64,000 bases of DNA from Candidatus Spongiisociaceae bacterium (lineage in GTDB: Bacteria > Actinomycetota > Acidimicrobiia > Spongiisociales > Spongiisociaceae): positions 899,188 through 963,187 of the forward strand of contig OZ241842.1 in assembly GCA_965202675.1 (NCBI GenBank). The letters are read 5' to 3'. The translations under genes were made by a program, and so were the position numbers. The stretch's first letter is position 1, and each line of letters opens with the position of its first letter. Below, in pieces: positions 45,825 to 56,200 of the stretch. The notes beneath the pieces are model-generated. The model saw only the letters and a list, made by a program, of their open reading frames with translations, did no database searches and was not told the origin of the DNA.

Positions 45825-46019
45825 TTCGGGCTTACTCGGTGTCGGGCTTTTCTCTGTGAGACGACCGTGGGTAAAAGGATGCACGCGGATAGGGATGCCT
45901 TCGCCGTTCCGTCGGCGAGGGCAGCGCCCTGCCGCCATGCACATCGGGCAGACCATCCAACAGCTACTTGCGTCGGGACACCTTCCGGCTTCCCATCCGC
46001 GCACGGTCTTACCGCCCGG

Positions 46020-46127
46020 GTCAGACTGGTCTTGGGATCAACGATTAGCGCCACCCGACCGGGACGGGAAGCTGGTTGCGGAGGCGTTGTTGGTCAGACT
46101 GGTCTTGGGATCAACGATTAGCGCCAC
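46020..46127 (+). repeat. Pair of perfect 35-36-bp direct repeats (gtcagactggtcttgggatcaacgattagcgccac) spaced 73 bp apart
   Basis: Copies at 46020-46054 and 46093-46127, lying about 80 bp upstream of the DUF499 start. Confidence 0.8.
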
Positions 46128-46206
46128 GGGTACGCTGAGCTGAGACAGTCGACGCGCGGCGGCAATTTCATGGGCCCGATCCGATTCGGTAGTCTACGAT
46201 GTCAAG

Positions 46207-49200
46207 ATGGGCGGCATCCTTGAAAGTTGCAAGCCGCGGGCTGATGTACTGACCGGCGGGCTGACGGACAAGCACTTCGCCGCCCAGCTTGATCAGGTGG
46301 TCGCCAACGCTGCGGGCTACGAGGACTACGCCGACGCCGACCGGTTCTTTGACCTGACCTACCCGACTCAGGGTCTGCGCGACCTGCTGGGCGGCACCTT
46401 CGGGCGTATTAACACCAGACGCCCCCCCCCCCCGCGATAGTTTAGATACTTCTAACGCTGAGTACGCTGTTTATCGATATGAAACCAGCTTTGGGGGAGG
46501 CAAGACTCACGGGCTGATCGCCCTTTGGCATCTGGCACGCGGGGCCCGGCCCGGCAACCTGGCTGATTTTGTTGATCCGGGCCTGTTGCCCGAAACCTGC
46601 CGGGCGGCGGCGGTGGTCGGCGACGCCCTCGACCCGATCAACGGGCTGACCTCCGGCGGCATCACCACCTACACGCTGTGGGGTGAGATCGCCCGGCAGC
46701 TCGGCCCCGACGCCTGGGCCCTGATGGAACAGAGCGACGCCGCCCGCACCGGGCCGGGGAAACAGGTGTGGCTGGACATCTTCGGAGCGGGCCCCGCCGT
46801 CGTCATCATCGACGAGCTCGCCCAGTATCTGCGGCGGCTGGGCGCGTCGGGAGACCAAGCCGTACAGAACCTCGCCCGGGCCACCATCGACAGCCTCAAG
46901 GTGCTGTTCGAGGCCGCCACCGCCGCCCCCGCGGTGCGGATCGTCTTCACCCTGGCCACCGGCGTCGACGCCTTCCAGCGGGAGACCGACGAGCTGTCGG
47001 ACGCCCTCGACCAGGTGGCCGGGGAACAGATTCTCAACGAGGCCCGCGACGTCATGGAGCGGCCCAAGGGGGCGGTCGGCAAGCCCGCCGACGACTACGA
47101 GATCGGCTTCATCCTGCGCCGCCGCCTCTTCTCGCACGTCGACGAGACCGCGGCCGGCGCCGCCCTCACCGCCTACAAGGATCTCTACGCCGGGCTGGCC
47201 GAACGGGATGTCCGGGTCGGGACCGCCACCGACGACCCGGCCGCCTACTGCGACCGCATCCGCACCTCCTACCCGTTCCACCCGGCGCTGATCGACTGCC
47301 TCGACAAGCGCATCGGCCCCCTGCCCGGTTTCCAGCGGGCCCGCGGCGCGCTCAAGATGCTGGCCGAGGCGGTGCGGCGGATCTGGAACGACCGCGCCGA
47401 GCTGCCCATCATCAACCTGGGCGACCTGCCCCTCGAAGCCCAGGCGGTGCGAACCTGCATCACCAGCTCCATCGGCCGAGATGCGCTGGACGGACCCGCC
47501 CAGGCCGATTTCGCCGGCGCCAACTCCCACGCCGCCGGAGTGGACAACGAGCGCTGGCCGGACGAACGGGCCGCCTCCCGCGCCTGCCGCGCCGTGTTCT
47601 GCCACAGCGTCGCGGGCGAACCGGCGCCGGGAGCGGCCCTGCCCGACATCCATCTCGGCGTCCTCCGCCCCGGCGAGAACCCCGAAACGGTCGACGAAGC
47701 CCTGGCCGCGGCGAGCCGGGTGGCCTGGCACCTGGTGTCGGACGGGGCGCGCTGGCGGTTCCAGGTCGAACCCAACGCCAACCGCATCATCGCCGCCGAA
47801 ACCCAAAACGTTTCCCAGGCCGACGTAACAGAGGAGCTGAGCCGCCTGGTCGAACGGTTCTTCGCCTCCGACGGCGCCGTCAGAGCCGTCCACCGCCCCG
47901 CCGGACCCGCCGATGTTCCCGACCAGCCCAAGCTGCATCTCGCTGTCCTGGACTGGACCGACACCAGCGTGGCCGCCCGCGACGCCGCCGAGCCGCCGCC
48001 CCCGGTGGCTGAGATCGCCGACTGGGCGGGGGTGTCCGAAACCAACCGCACCCACCGCAATGCGGTCATAGCCCTGGTCGCCGACGCAGACGAGCTGGAG
48101 GCCATGCGCGATCAGGTCCGGTTCGACCTGGCCGCCCGGCGGATCACCCGCGACGACGAACGCATGCAGCAGCTGGGGCCGGAGGTGGTCAAGCGGCTCA
48201 AGAAGCTGGCCGACGCGGCGGGCCTGGAAACCCGGGTGGCGGTGTGCCGCGCCTACCGGCACCTCTACTGGCCCGCCCGCGACCCCCAGAACCACAACCT
48301 GCGCCACTTCGAGCTTCCGCCCGCCCAGCAGGGCAAGACGCCCAAAGGCGCCCAGACCAAGGTCCTGATCGAAACCCTGCGGCGGCACGGCAAGATATCC
48401 GACTCCGCCCCCGCCACCGACCAGCTGGCCCGCGCCGCCGGTTTTCGCCGAAGCGGGGAGACGACCACCGCCGACCTGGCCGAGGTGCCCTGGCGCGACC
48501 CCGGCCAACCGATCCTCCTCGACCCGAGCCTGATCAGAGAGGCCGTCACGGCGGGGATAAGCAACGGCGCCTGGGTCTACTACGACGCCCGGAAAGAGAA
48601 GGCCTACGACGACAGCCGGGCACTCCCCCAGGTGCGGATCGACCGCGACGCCTGGCTCTACAGCCAGGACAAGGCGCGCGACCTCGGCCTGCTGCGCCGA
48701 CCGGTAACGCCCGACCTGATCGCCCGGGCCGTCAACCAAAGGGAAGGCAGGGCGATCACCGGGCCGGCCCTGCGGTCGAAGCTGGAAGACGACATCGGCG
48801 GGGAGCCGACCAAGAAAGAGGTGCTGGAGTCGCTGGCCGCGGGCCGCTCGGCCGCAGACCCGGTAATCGTGATCGACGCAACCGCCGCCGAACCGAAGGC
48901 CCTGACGCCCGCCGCCGTCAGGCGCGCCCGGCTCGACGACCTGGAGATTCTCACCGCCGGCGCAGCGGACCGGCGGGGCATAACGGTTCCCGAGCACGAC
49001 CCGGCTCCGATCGTCAAGGGGCAGGGCGGCGTGGGCATGGCCTTCCAGCAGATCGCCGACCGCGTCGCCGACCTCGGCGTCGACTCGATCACGAGCATCA
49101 CGATCAGAACCGATGCCGACCCCGGCGGCGGAACCCGGAACCTGCGGCTGCTGAGCCTATGCATCCCCCAGCTTCCGAAGTTCGCCTGCCGGGTCAAGGC

Positions 49201-49471
49201 GTCCATCACATCCGAATACCACGGGCTGGCAGGCGGGCTGAAAGTAGACCTGTCGGGCGGCGCCCGCGAATACCAGCAGATCGAGTCCGCCCTGCTCGGC
49301 CTGGCCGATGCGGGCAACAAGACCGCGGGCCACCTGAGCGTCAAGCTGACCCCGGCCGCCCCGATCAGGCACGGCGGCGGCCGATGGACGCAGCTGCACC
49401 AGGTCGTCAGGGCCAACAATCCGGGCCGGATCAGCATCACCGCCCAGCTGGCCCGGCCCGACGGCGGGTGA
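46207..49471 (+). pseudogene. DUF499-family ATPase (BrxC/PglY-like), split by a +1 frameshift inside a C12 homopolymer (phase-variable or OFF state)
   Basis: The 77-aa N-terminal ORF (…PRADVLTGGLTDKHFAAQLDQV…FFDLTYPTQGLRDLL…) ends in the poly-C tract at 46422-46433. Downstream, in frame +1, …YETSFGGGKTHGLIALWHLARG… (Walker A) continues into the 961-aa ORF 46586-49471. Removing one C fuses the frames. Confidence 0.75.
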
Positions 49472-49480
49472 GGCCGGCCG

Positions 49481-49912
49481 GTGGCTGTTCCCCGAATGTC
49501 CGAGCGGCGGTTCGTGATGCGGCTCCACCCCACCCCCGCCGCCGACGACTGGGGGTTCTCGCTGAGCGAAGAAATCGGAGCGGAGTCGACCACCGTGGCG
49601 GCGTTGCCCGCGCACCGGGCCCGGCGGCACCGCCGGGCGGTGATCGAAGCGGTAACGGCGGACGGTTACCCGGCGAGCGCGGTCAGCCCGCGCCGGCGGC
49701 GGCCCTTCAACCTGACCCAGGAGCCGGGAGTCCGCCTGGCCCTAGCGGTGCGGGCAGCGGCACCCGTCCGCAAGGTAGACCGCCGAATGGCCATCACCGA
49801 ACGGCTGAGGACCATGGGCGATGAAGAGGCCCTCTACTGGTATGCCCAGGTGAGCGGCACCGGCGGAGGACGCGCCCTCCGAGCCCTGCGGCTGTTGCTG
49901 GCCACGGAATGA
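49481..49912 (+). CDS. DUF3780-like small protein of the DUF499/DUF1156 cassette
   Basis: About 140 aa. Its position between DUF499 and DUF1156 matches the canonical gene order, and its stop overlaps the next start (ATGA). Confidence 0.5.
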   Translation: MAVPRMSERRFVMRLHPTPAADDWGFSLSEEIGAESTTVAALPAHRARRHRRAVIEAVTADGYPASAVSPRRRRPFNLTQEPGVRLALAVRAAAPVRKVDRRMAITERLRTMGDEEALYWYAQVSGTGGGRALRALRLLLATE

Positions 49913-52875
49913 GCCAGCCGGACCCCGCCCAAGCGGATCCTGTTACCCGCCCGCGGCTGTTCATCGAGGAGAGTTTCCCCGTAAGGGAATTGGGCATCGA
50001 GTCGGTGCGTGAGAGCGCACCGATACCCGGACAGTTTCCCAAACTCAAGACCCTGCACGTTTGGTGGGCAAGACGACCGTTGGTAGCCAGCGCCGGTGCC
50101 ATCCTAGGTAGCCTGCTCCCGGCCTGGACCGAGGAGCTGGCAGAACGATTCGCGGACTATCCCGAACTCGCTACTGCTAAAGATTATCGCGAATGGTTTC
50201 TATGTATGTGTGGCATCTGGGGCGACCCAATCGCGGCCCGAGAGCTTGTCCTAATTGCGAAAGCAACGGGGATACGTAACGCCAAAAATCCATACACGTA
50301 CAAACAGGCCTTCAAGAACATTCCGACTGCAGGCAACCTAGGTATTTTGCACGAATTATTAGAGGATACATGGGGGCAAATACCCTTCGTTTCCGACCCG
50401 ACTGCAGGTGGGGGTTCGATTCCTTTCGAGGCCTTGCGCTACGGGTTGGCTGCTCATGCAAACGACCTTAACCCGGTCGCTGTCAGTGTGCTACGGGCTG
50501 GGGTCGAATTGCCTGCCCGCTATGGAATGGGCCTCAACGCCGACCTAGAAACCTGGGGGCGTCTGTTAGTAGATCGGCTTAACAACCGTCTAGGCCCATT
50601 CTTCCAACCTCATGACGATCAAACTGGTAAAGCCGCCACCTTTATCTTCGCCCGGACAGTAGCCTGCCCGCGCACCGGCAAAACGGTACCTCTGGTGGGA
50701 GACTGGTCGTTGCGCCGGGTCAGGAATCCAGCGGCGGTGCGGCTCATCACCCACCGCGACGGCATCGAGCTCGACGAACCCGAGTACCAGATCGTCGAGG
50801 GCCTAGACATCGACTTTCATCCTAAGGACACGGCCACTTATTCACGCGGCAAGGGCATCTCACCCTGGGATGGACTGGTGATCGACGGCAACTACATACG
50901 GGCCGAAGCCCAGGCCGGACGCATGGGTGAAGTCCTCTACGCAGTGGCCGTCCGCACCCCCAAGGGCCGCGGCTTCCGGGCCCCCACCGAGACCGACCGG
51001 GCCGCCTTGGCCGCCGCCGAAGCAGAGCTGAAACGGTTATTGCCTCAATGGGAACAGGAAGATGTGCTACCGACCGAGGCGGTACCCCATGGCACCAAAA
51101 CAAAAGACTTGCTCAACTACGGGATGACGCGCTGGCGAGATCTGTTCACCCCGCGGCAGCTACTGTTGCACGGTTGCTTCGTGGAAGAATACCACAAGCT
51201 GATCCACGAAGTCCGAGCCGCCATTCCCGAACGCGACCGGGCTGACGCGGTGCTCGCACTGCTAGCGATGGTGCAAGGCAAGGCGGTCAGCTATAACTCG
51301 CGCCAGGCCGGGTGGCATGTCAACCGTGGTCAATCGGCCCCCACCTTTGCCATGCATGCCTTCCCGTTCATGAAAACCTTCGCCGAGTTTGAGGGCGGTC
51401 GAGAGCTATATCCATGGTGTCTCCGACAGTTACTCGACGCCTACTCCGGTATTGCCGATCTGTTACCGGGTACCGCCGACCTGCCTGGCCCCGAAAGCCC
51501 AGTCCTCAGCGGCGAACCCCGAATCGAGGTAACCAAGGGCAACGCCGGATACATGCCCGACATCCCTGCCCGGAGCTTTGAGCTGGTGTGCATAGACCCG
51601 CCCTACTACGATAACGTGATGTACGCAGAGCTGTCCGACTACTTCTACGTGTGGAAAAAACGCACCATCGGCAAGCTCTGGTCCGAGTTCTTCGACGACG
51701 AGCTGACCAACAAACACGACGAGGCGGTCAAAAATAAGACTCGCTTCGCCGCTATGGGACGACGGGCGAACGAGCTTGCAAGCAGCGACTACCAGTTCAA
51801 GATGCAGGCCATCTTCGACGAGTGCCACCGCATCGTGCGCGACGAGGGCGCAATGTGCGTGATGTTCACACACAAGGCGACTGACGCCTGGAACGGTCTG
51901 GGGGCATCGTTGCTGGATGCCGGATTCACAATCGAGGCATCCTGGCCCATGAGCACCGAGTCGCCAGCTTCGTTGCACCAGGCCAAGAAGAACGCGGTCA
52001 AATCGACCATCTTCCTGGTGTGCCGCAAGCGGCCGGACCGGCCCGACGAGGGCGAGCGTATCTACCTTTCCGAAATCGAGGCGGAAGTCCGCGCCGCAAC
52101 GGGAGAGGCCCTGCTCCGCGCCGCCGAGCAGGGTTTGAGTGGGGTAGACCTGCTGCTGTCGACCTACGGCCCAGCCCTTTCGGTGCTGTCGCGCCATTGG
52201 CCGGTCTACTCCGCCGAGACCGACGACGAAGGCCGTTCCCGACGGCTACACCCCGAAGAGGCCCTCGACATCGCCCGGGCCGAAGTTACCCGCCGCCAGC
52301 GCATCCGCCTGGTAGGGCGCGAAGTAGAATTCGACCCGTTTACAGACTTCGCGATCGCCGCCTGGGATACCTTCCGTACCCGGCAGTTTCCCTTCGACGA
52401 CGCCCGCCGTCTAGCCCTGGCCGCGGGCGGACTTGATCTGTCCGAGCTGAAACGAGCCAAGCTCGTCAGGGCCAAAGCGGGCAATGTCACCATGCTCGAA
52501 CCCCGCGAGCGGCTGCGCCGCGACGGAGACGAAGACCTGTCCGGCGTCAACCGAAGCCGTTCCGCCTTTGCGGTCGCGGTCGACGCGGTGCACACCGCCC
52601 TATACATCACCGACCTCGACGGCCTCGGGGCGGCCAAGCACTGGCTCGACCAGCGCGGCCTGACCAACAACTCGCGCTTTACGGCCTGCTTGCAGGCGCT
52701 GGTAAGGGCGATCCCCCGCACCAAGACAAGGGGCGAGTGGAACCTGCCCGAGGCCGAGCTACTCGACGACCTGGTTACCACCTACTTCCCCGACATCGAG
52801 GTCCCACCCGACCCGGGCGAGGACCCCGAGCAGCTAACCCTTGACAACTCGAACGACGATCCATCCGATGGCTGA
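49909..52875 (+). CDS. DUF1156-family N6-adenine DNA methyltransferase
   Basis: N-terminal …LHVWWARRPL… signature and catalytic DPPYYDNVMY motif. 988 aa. Confidence 0.8.
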   Translation: MSQPDPAQADPVTRPRLFIEESFPVRELGIESVRESAPIPGQFPKLKTLHVWWARRPLVASAGAILGSLLPAWTEELAERFADYPELATAKDYREWFLCMCGIWGDPIAARELVLIAKATGIRNAKNPYTYKQAFKNIPTAGNLGILHELLEDTWGQIPFVSDPTAGGGSIPFEALRYGLAAHANDLNPVAVSVLRAGVELPARYGMGLNADLETWGRLLVDRLNNRLGPFFQPHDDQTGKAATFIFARTVACPRTGKTVPLVGDWSLRRVRNPAAVRLITHRDGIELDEPEYQIVEGLDIDFHPKDTATYSRGKGISPWDGLVIDGNYIRAEAQAGRMGEVLYAVAVRTPKGRGFRAPTETDRAALAAAEAELKRLLPQWEQEDVLPTEAVPHGTKTKDLLNYGMTRWRDLFTPRQLLLHGCFVEEYHKLIHEVRAAIPERDRADAVLALLAMVQGKAVSYNSRQAGWHVNRGQSAPTFAMHAFPFMKTFAEFEGGRELYPWCLRQLLDAYSGIADLLPGTADLPGPESPVLSGEPRIEVTKGNAGYMPDIPARSFELVCIDPPYYDNVMYAELSDYFYVWKKRTIGKLWSEFFDDELTNKHDEAVKNKTRFAAMGRRANELASSDYQFKMQAIFDECHRIVRDEGAMCVMFTHKATDAWNGLGASLLDAGFTIEASWPMSTESPASLHQAKKNAVKSTIFLVCRKRPDRPDEGERIYLSEIEAEVRAATGEALLRAAEQGLSGVDLLLSTYGPALSVLSRHWPVYSAETDDEGRSRRLHPEEALDIARAEVTRRQRIRLVGREVEFDPFTDFAIAAWDTFRTRQFPFDDARRLALAAGGLDLSELKRAKLVRAKAGNVTMLEPRERLRRDGDEDLSGVNRSRSAFAVAVDAVHTALYITDLDGLGAAKHWLDQRGLTNNSRFTACLQALVRAIPRTKTRGEWNLPEAELLDDLVTTYFPDIEVPPDPGEDPEQLTLDNSNDDPSDG

Positions 52876-55800
52876 GCGCCCGCCGGGGTGCTTCCAGGGC
52901 CTCGACCTCGCTACCCGCTACTCGGCGGGCGCCAGGGACATGCTGGCCGATTTCTACGTCCCGGTGCTGTCGAGGGCGGTGCGCTACGACCGGGCGGCGG
53001 GCTACTTCGCCTCGTCGTCGTTCTACGCGGCGGCGGCCGGGATGGCCCGGTTCATCGACAACGCAGGCGAGATACGGCTCCTGGTCGGCGCGCAGCTCAC
53101 CGAGGACGACCACAAGGCCCTGCTCGGCAATGTTCCGCTGGACCACATCCTGGCCGAACGCCTGCGGCGGGAAGGGCCGACCGTCGACGACGTGGCCCGG
53201 CGGCGCCTGCAGGTCATCGCCTGGCTGGTGAGAGAAGGGCGGCTGACCATCCGGGTCGGACTGCCCTGCGACGACTTCACCGGGGCGCCGATCCCCGACC
53301 CCGACGATCCGCGGCAACACAAGTACTTCCACATCAAATGGGGCGTGCTCGAAGACGCCGCCGGCGACCGGCTGGCCTTCGACGGCAGCATCAACGAATC
53401 GGCGTCGGGTTGGCAGAGCAACTACGAGTCCTTCAGCGTCTACCAGTCGTGGAGCCGACAGGCCTGGCGGCAATACGGCCGGCCGATCGTCAACGAGTTC
53501 GAACGGCTCTGGCGCGGCGGCGAGGTGCACGGCTGGCGCAGCCTGGCCCTGCCCGAGGTGGAACAGCGCCTGATGGACCTTCTGCCCGCCGAGCCCGGCT
53601 GGGCGCCGCCGGCCCGGGACCCGCTCGAACCCGAGCTGAGCGAGGCCGACCGGGCGGCGATCGCGGAGATCCGGGCCGCCCCCCGCCGCGGCGCCGGCGT
53701 GGGAATGATGTCGAGCGGCATCGAACCCTGGCCCCACCAGCTGGCCATCGCCCGGCGCATCTGCGAGAACCGGCCCCGCAGCTACCTGCTGGCCGACGAG
53801 GTGGGACTGGGCAAGACCATCGAGGCGGGGCTGGTGCTGCGGGAGCTGTGGCTCGGCGGTCAGGTGGAAACGGCGTTGATCCTGGCCCCGGCGTCGATTC
53901 TGATCCAGTGGCAGGAGGAGCTGGCCGAGAAGTTCCTGCTTGAGGTCCCCCGCCTGGACGGGCGCAGGCTGCGTTTCCCCGGCGGGGCGGAGCGGCGTCT
54001 GGAGCGCGGCGAGAACCGTTGGCGGGCGGCGCCGGTGCTGCTGTCGTCTTCGCATCTGGCCCGGATGCGCTCCAACCGCGCCGAGCTGCTCGACGGGCCC
54101 GGCTGGGACCTGGTGTTCGTCGACGAGGCCCACCACGCCCGGCGGCGGGGGTCGAGGCCCTCCGACTCCCCCAACCAGATGCTGGCAACCCTGAAGGCGC
54201 TGGCCGAGGAGAACCTGTTCGGGTCGCTGCTGCTGGCGTCGGCCACCCCCATGCAGCTCCACACGCACGACCTCTGGGACCTGCTGGCGCTGTTCGGCCT
54301 GCCGGACGGCTGGAACCGCAGCGCCGACGCCATGGAGCGCTACTACCGCGCCCTCCAGGAGCCGTTCGGCGACCGCGACTGGGTCCATCTGCAGAAGATG
54401 ATGGCCGGTTACCTGGAGGAAGCGGCGCCCGACCCCTATGTCGTGGAGATGATCGAAGAAGCGGCGGGCTTGGTGGGGGCGGCCCGCATCCGCGGGTTCC
54501 ATGAGAACCCCGGGTTCCGCTCGGGCGGTGTCGAAGAGGAGGCGAGGCCGTCCTGGGACGACTGGCTGCGGGCCAACACGCCGGTGCGCGCCCGGGTGTT
54601 CCGCACCACCCGGGCGACCCTGCGCCGCTACAAGCAGACCGGGGTGCTGGACCCCGATACGGTCATCCCGGAGCGGCGCATCGACGACCGGTTCTACAGC
54701 CTGGGCGGGGCCAAACCCCTCTACGACCGCATCGAGCGCTACATCCTGCGCTACTACGACGCCTACCTGTCCGCCGGGGGCAGGAGCGCGCCGCTCGGCT
54801 TCATCATGACCGTATACAGGCGGCGGCTGACCTCGAGCTTCTACGCCATCCGCAAATCCCTGGAGCGGCGGCGCGAGGTGCTGGCCCGCCGGGGTTCGCT
54901 GCCCGGCCTGCTCGACGAAGACGACCGGTTTGCCGCTGAGGGCGCCGAGGGCCTCGACGACCTAGCGGGGCTCGACAACCTGGAGGCCGGCGACCTCGCC
55001 CTGGCGGGCGGGGACCTGCGGGCGGAGCTGGCCGAGCTGGACGACTTCATCGGCGAGCTGGGGAACCTGCCGCCCGACGAACCCAAGATGGAAGGACTGT
55101 ACGACCTGCTCGACCACAACTTCGGTTCGGGCGCGCACGACACGGCGGTGATCTTCACCCAGTACCGCGACACCCTCGAATACATCCGCCGGCAGCTGCT
55201 CAATATCTACCGGGGCGGGCTGGCCTGCTACTACGGCGGCCGGGGGGAATGCTGGGACGAAGCGTCCGGATCATGGGAGCGGGTCGGCAAGGAAACCATC
55301 AAGGAGCGGTTCCGGCGGGGCGAGGTGAAGATACTGCTGGGCACCGACTCCATGTCGGAGGGCCTCAACCTGCAGACCTGCGGCTGGCTGATCAACTTCG
55401 ACCTGCCCTGGAACTTCACCAGGGTGGAGCAGCGCATCGGTCGGGTGGACCGCATCGGCGGCCAACCGGAGGTGCAGGTCAGCAACTTCTTCTACAAAGG
55501 CACCGTGGAGGAGGACATCTACCGCCGCATCCGCGACAGCCACGACTGGTTCTCCAACGTAATCGGCAACGCCGCCCCGGTGCTGGCCGCCGCCGAGAGC
55601 CTGATATCCGACGCCGCCATGAGGCGCAGCACCACCGAGCAGGCCGCCGTCGAGATCAAAGACCTGATCGCCCGCCTCGACCGGGCAGCCGTCCGCCTCG
55701 AAGACCTCGACTCCGTACCCCGCTTCGACACCGACCTACAACCCCCCATGACCCTCCCCGACCTCCGCCGCCGCCTCCTCTCGATAGCAGCCGTCCAAGA

Positions 55801-55975
55801 CCTCCTAACCCCACCCGACGGCCCCGCCCCCAAAGACATATGGCGCCTAACCCTGAACGGAACCGACCACCACATAACCTTCACCCCCACCCTCTACGAA
55901 CAAACCCCCCGCCTCAACCTCCTCACCTGGGGCAGCCCCCTCCTCACCCGCCTCCTAACCCACCTCGACCCCTGA
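52868..55975 (+). CDS. SNF2/DEAH helicase with N-terminal PLD-like nuclease domain
   Basis: N-terminal …RYDRAAGYFASSSF… (PLD-like), then helicase motif I LLADEVGLGKTIEAG, motif II FVDEAHHAR and a C-terminal helicase domain (…LLGTDSMSEGLNLQ…). The start overlaps the DUF1156 stop by 8 bp. Confidence 0.8.
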   Translation: MAERPPGCFQGLDLATRYSAGARDMLADFYVPVLSRAVRYDRAAGYFASSSFYAAAAGMARFIDNAGEIRLLVGAQLTEDDHKALLGNVPLDHILAERLRREGPTVDDVARRRLQVIAWLVREGRLTIRVGLPCDDFTGAPIPDPDDPRQHKYFHIKWGVLEDAAGDRLAFDGSINESASGWQSNYESFSVYQSWSRQAWRQYGRPIVNEFERLWRGGEVHGWRSLALPEVEQRLMDLLPAEPGWAPPARDPLEPELSEADRAAIAEIRAAPRRGAGVGMMSSGIEPWPHQLAIARRICENRPRSYLLADEVGLGKTIEAGLVLRELWLGGQVETALILAPASILIQWQEELAEKFLLEVPRLDGRRLRFPGGAERRLERGENRWRAAPVLLSSSHLARMRSNRAELLDGPGWDLVFVDEAHHARRRGSRPSDSPNQMLATLKALAEENLFGSLLLASATPMQLHTHDLWDLLALFGLPDGWNRSADAMERYYRALQEPFGDRDWVHLQKMMAGYLEEAAPDPYVVEMIEEAAGLVGAARIRGFHENPGFRSGGVEEEARPSWDDWLRANTPVRARVFRTTRATLRRYKQTGVLDPDTVIPERRIDDRFYSLGGAKPLYDRIERYILRYYDAYLSAGGRSAPLGFIMTVYRRRLTSSFYAIRKSLERRREVLARRGSLPGLLDEDDRFAAEGAEGLDDLAGLDNLEAGDLALAGGDLRAELAELDDFIGELGNLPPDEPKMEGLYDLLDHNFGSGAHDTAVIFTQYRDTLEYIRRQLLNIYRGGLACYYGGRGECWDEASGSWERVGKETIKERFRRGEVKILLGTDSMSEGLNLQTCGWLINFDLPWNFTRVEQRIGRVDRIGGQPEVQVSNFFYKGTVEEDIYRRIRDSHDWFSNVIGNAAPVLAAAESLISDAAMRRSTTEQAAVEIKDLIARLDRAAVRLEDLDSVPRFDTDLQPPMTLPDLRRRLLSIAAVQDLLTPPDGPAPKDIWRLTLNGTDHHITFTPTLYEQTPRLNLLTWGSPLLTRLLTHLDP

Positions 55976-56200
55976 CCCCCCGATTTACCGGCGCGCCTGC
56001 GCAGCCCCTTCAAATCCAGATCGGGCGGGCAGATCCGGCGACGCGTGGACAACCGCGCCGGACCCGTGTTAGCATAGAAAGATGACCGCCATCACTGACA
56101 CCGCGGAAGCATCTACCGGCCTTGCCGTACCGGATCAAGGCTACGAAGGCCCGCCCCTAGAAGAAATCAAGAGCGTTCTACCGTTCAAGGTAGCAAAGCT

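Noticed and set aside
45732-46127. Possible CRISPR array from spaced direct repeats
   Set aside because: There are only two copies of each of two unrelated repeats, spacers of 67-73 bp, and no cas genes. It is more consistent with operator or promoter duplications.
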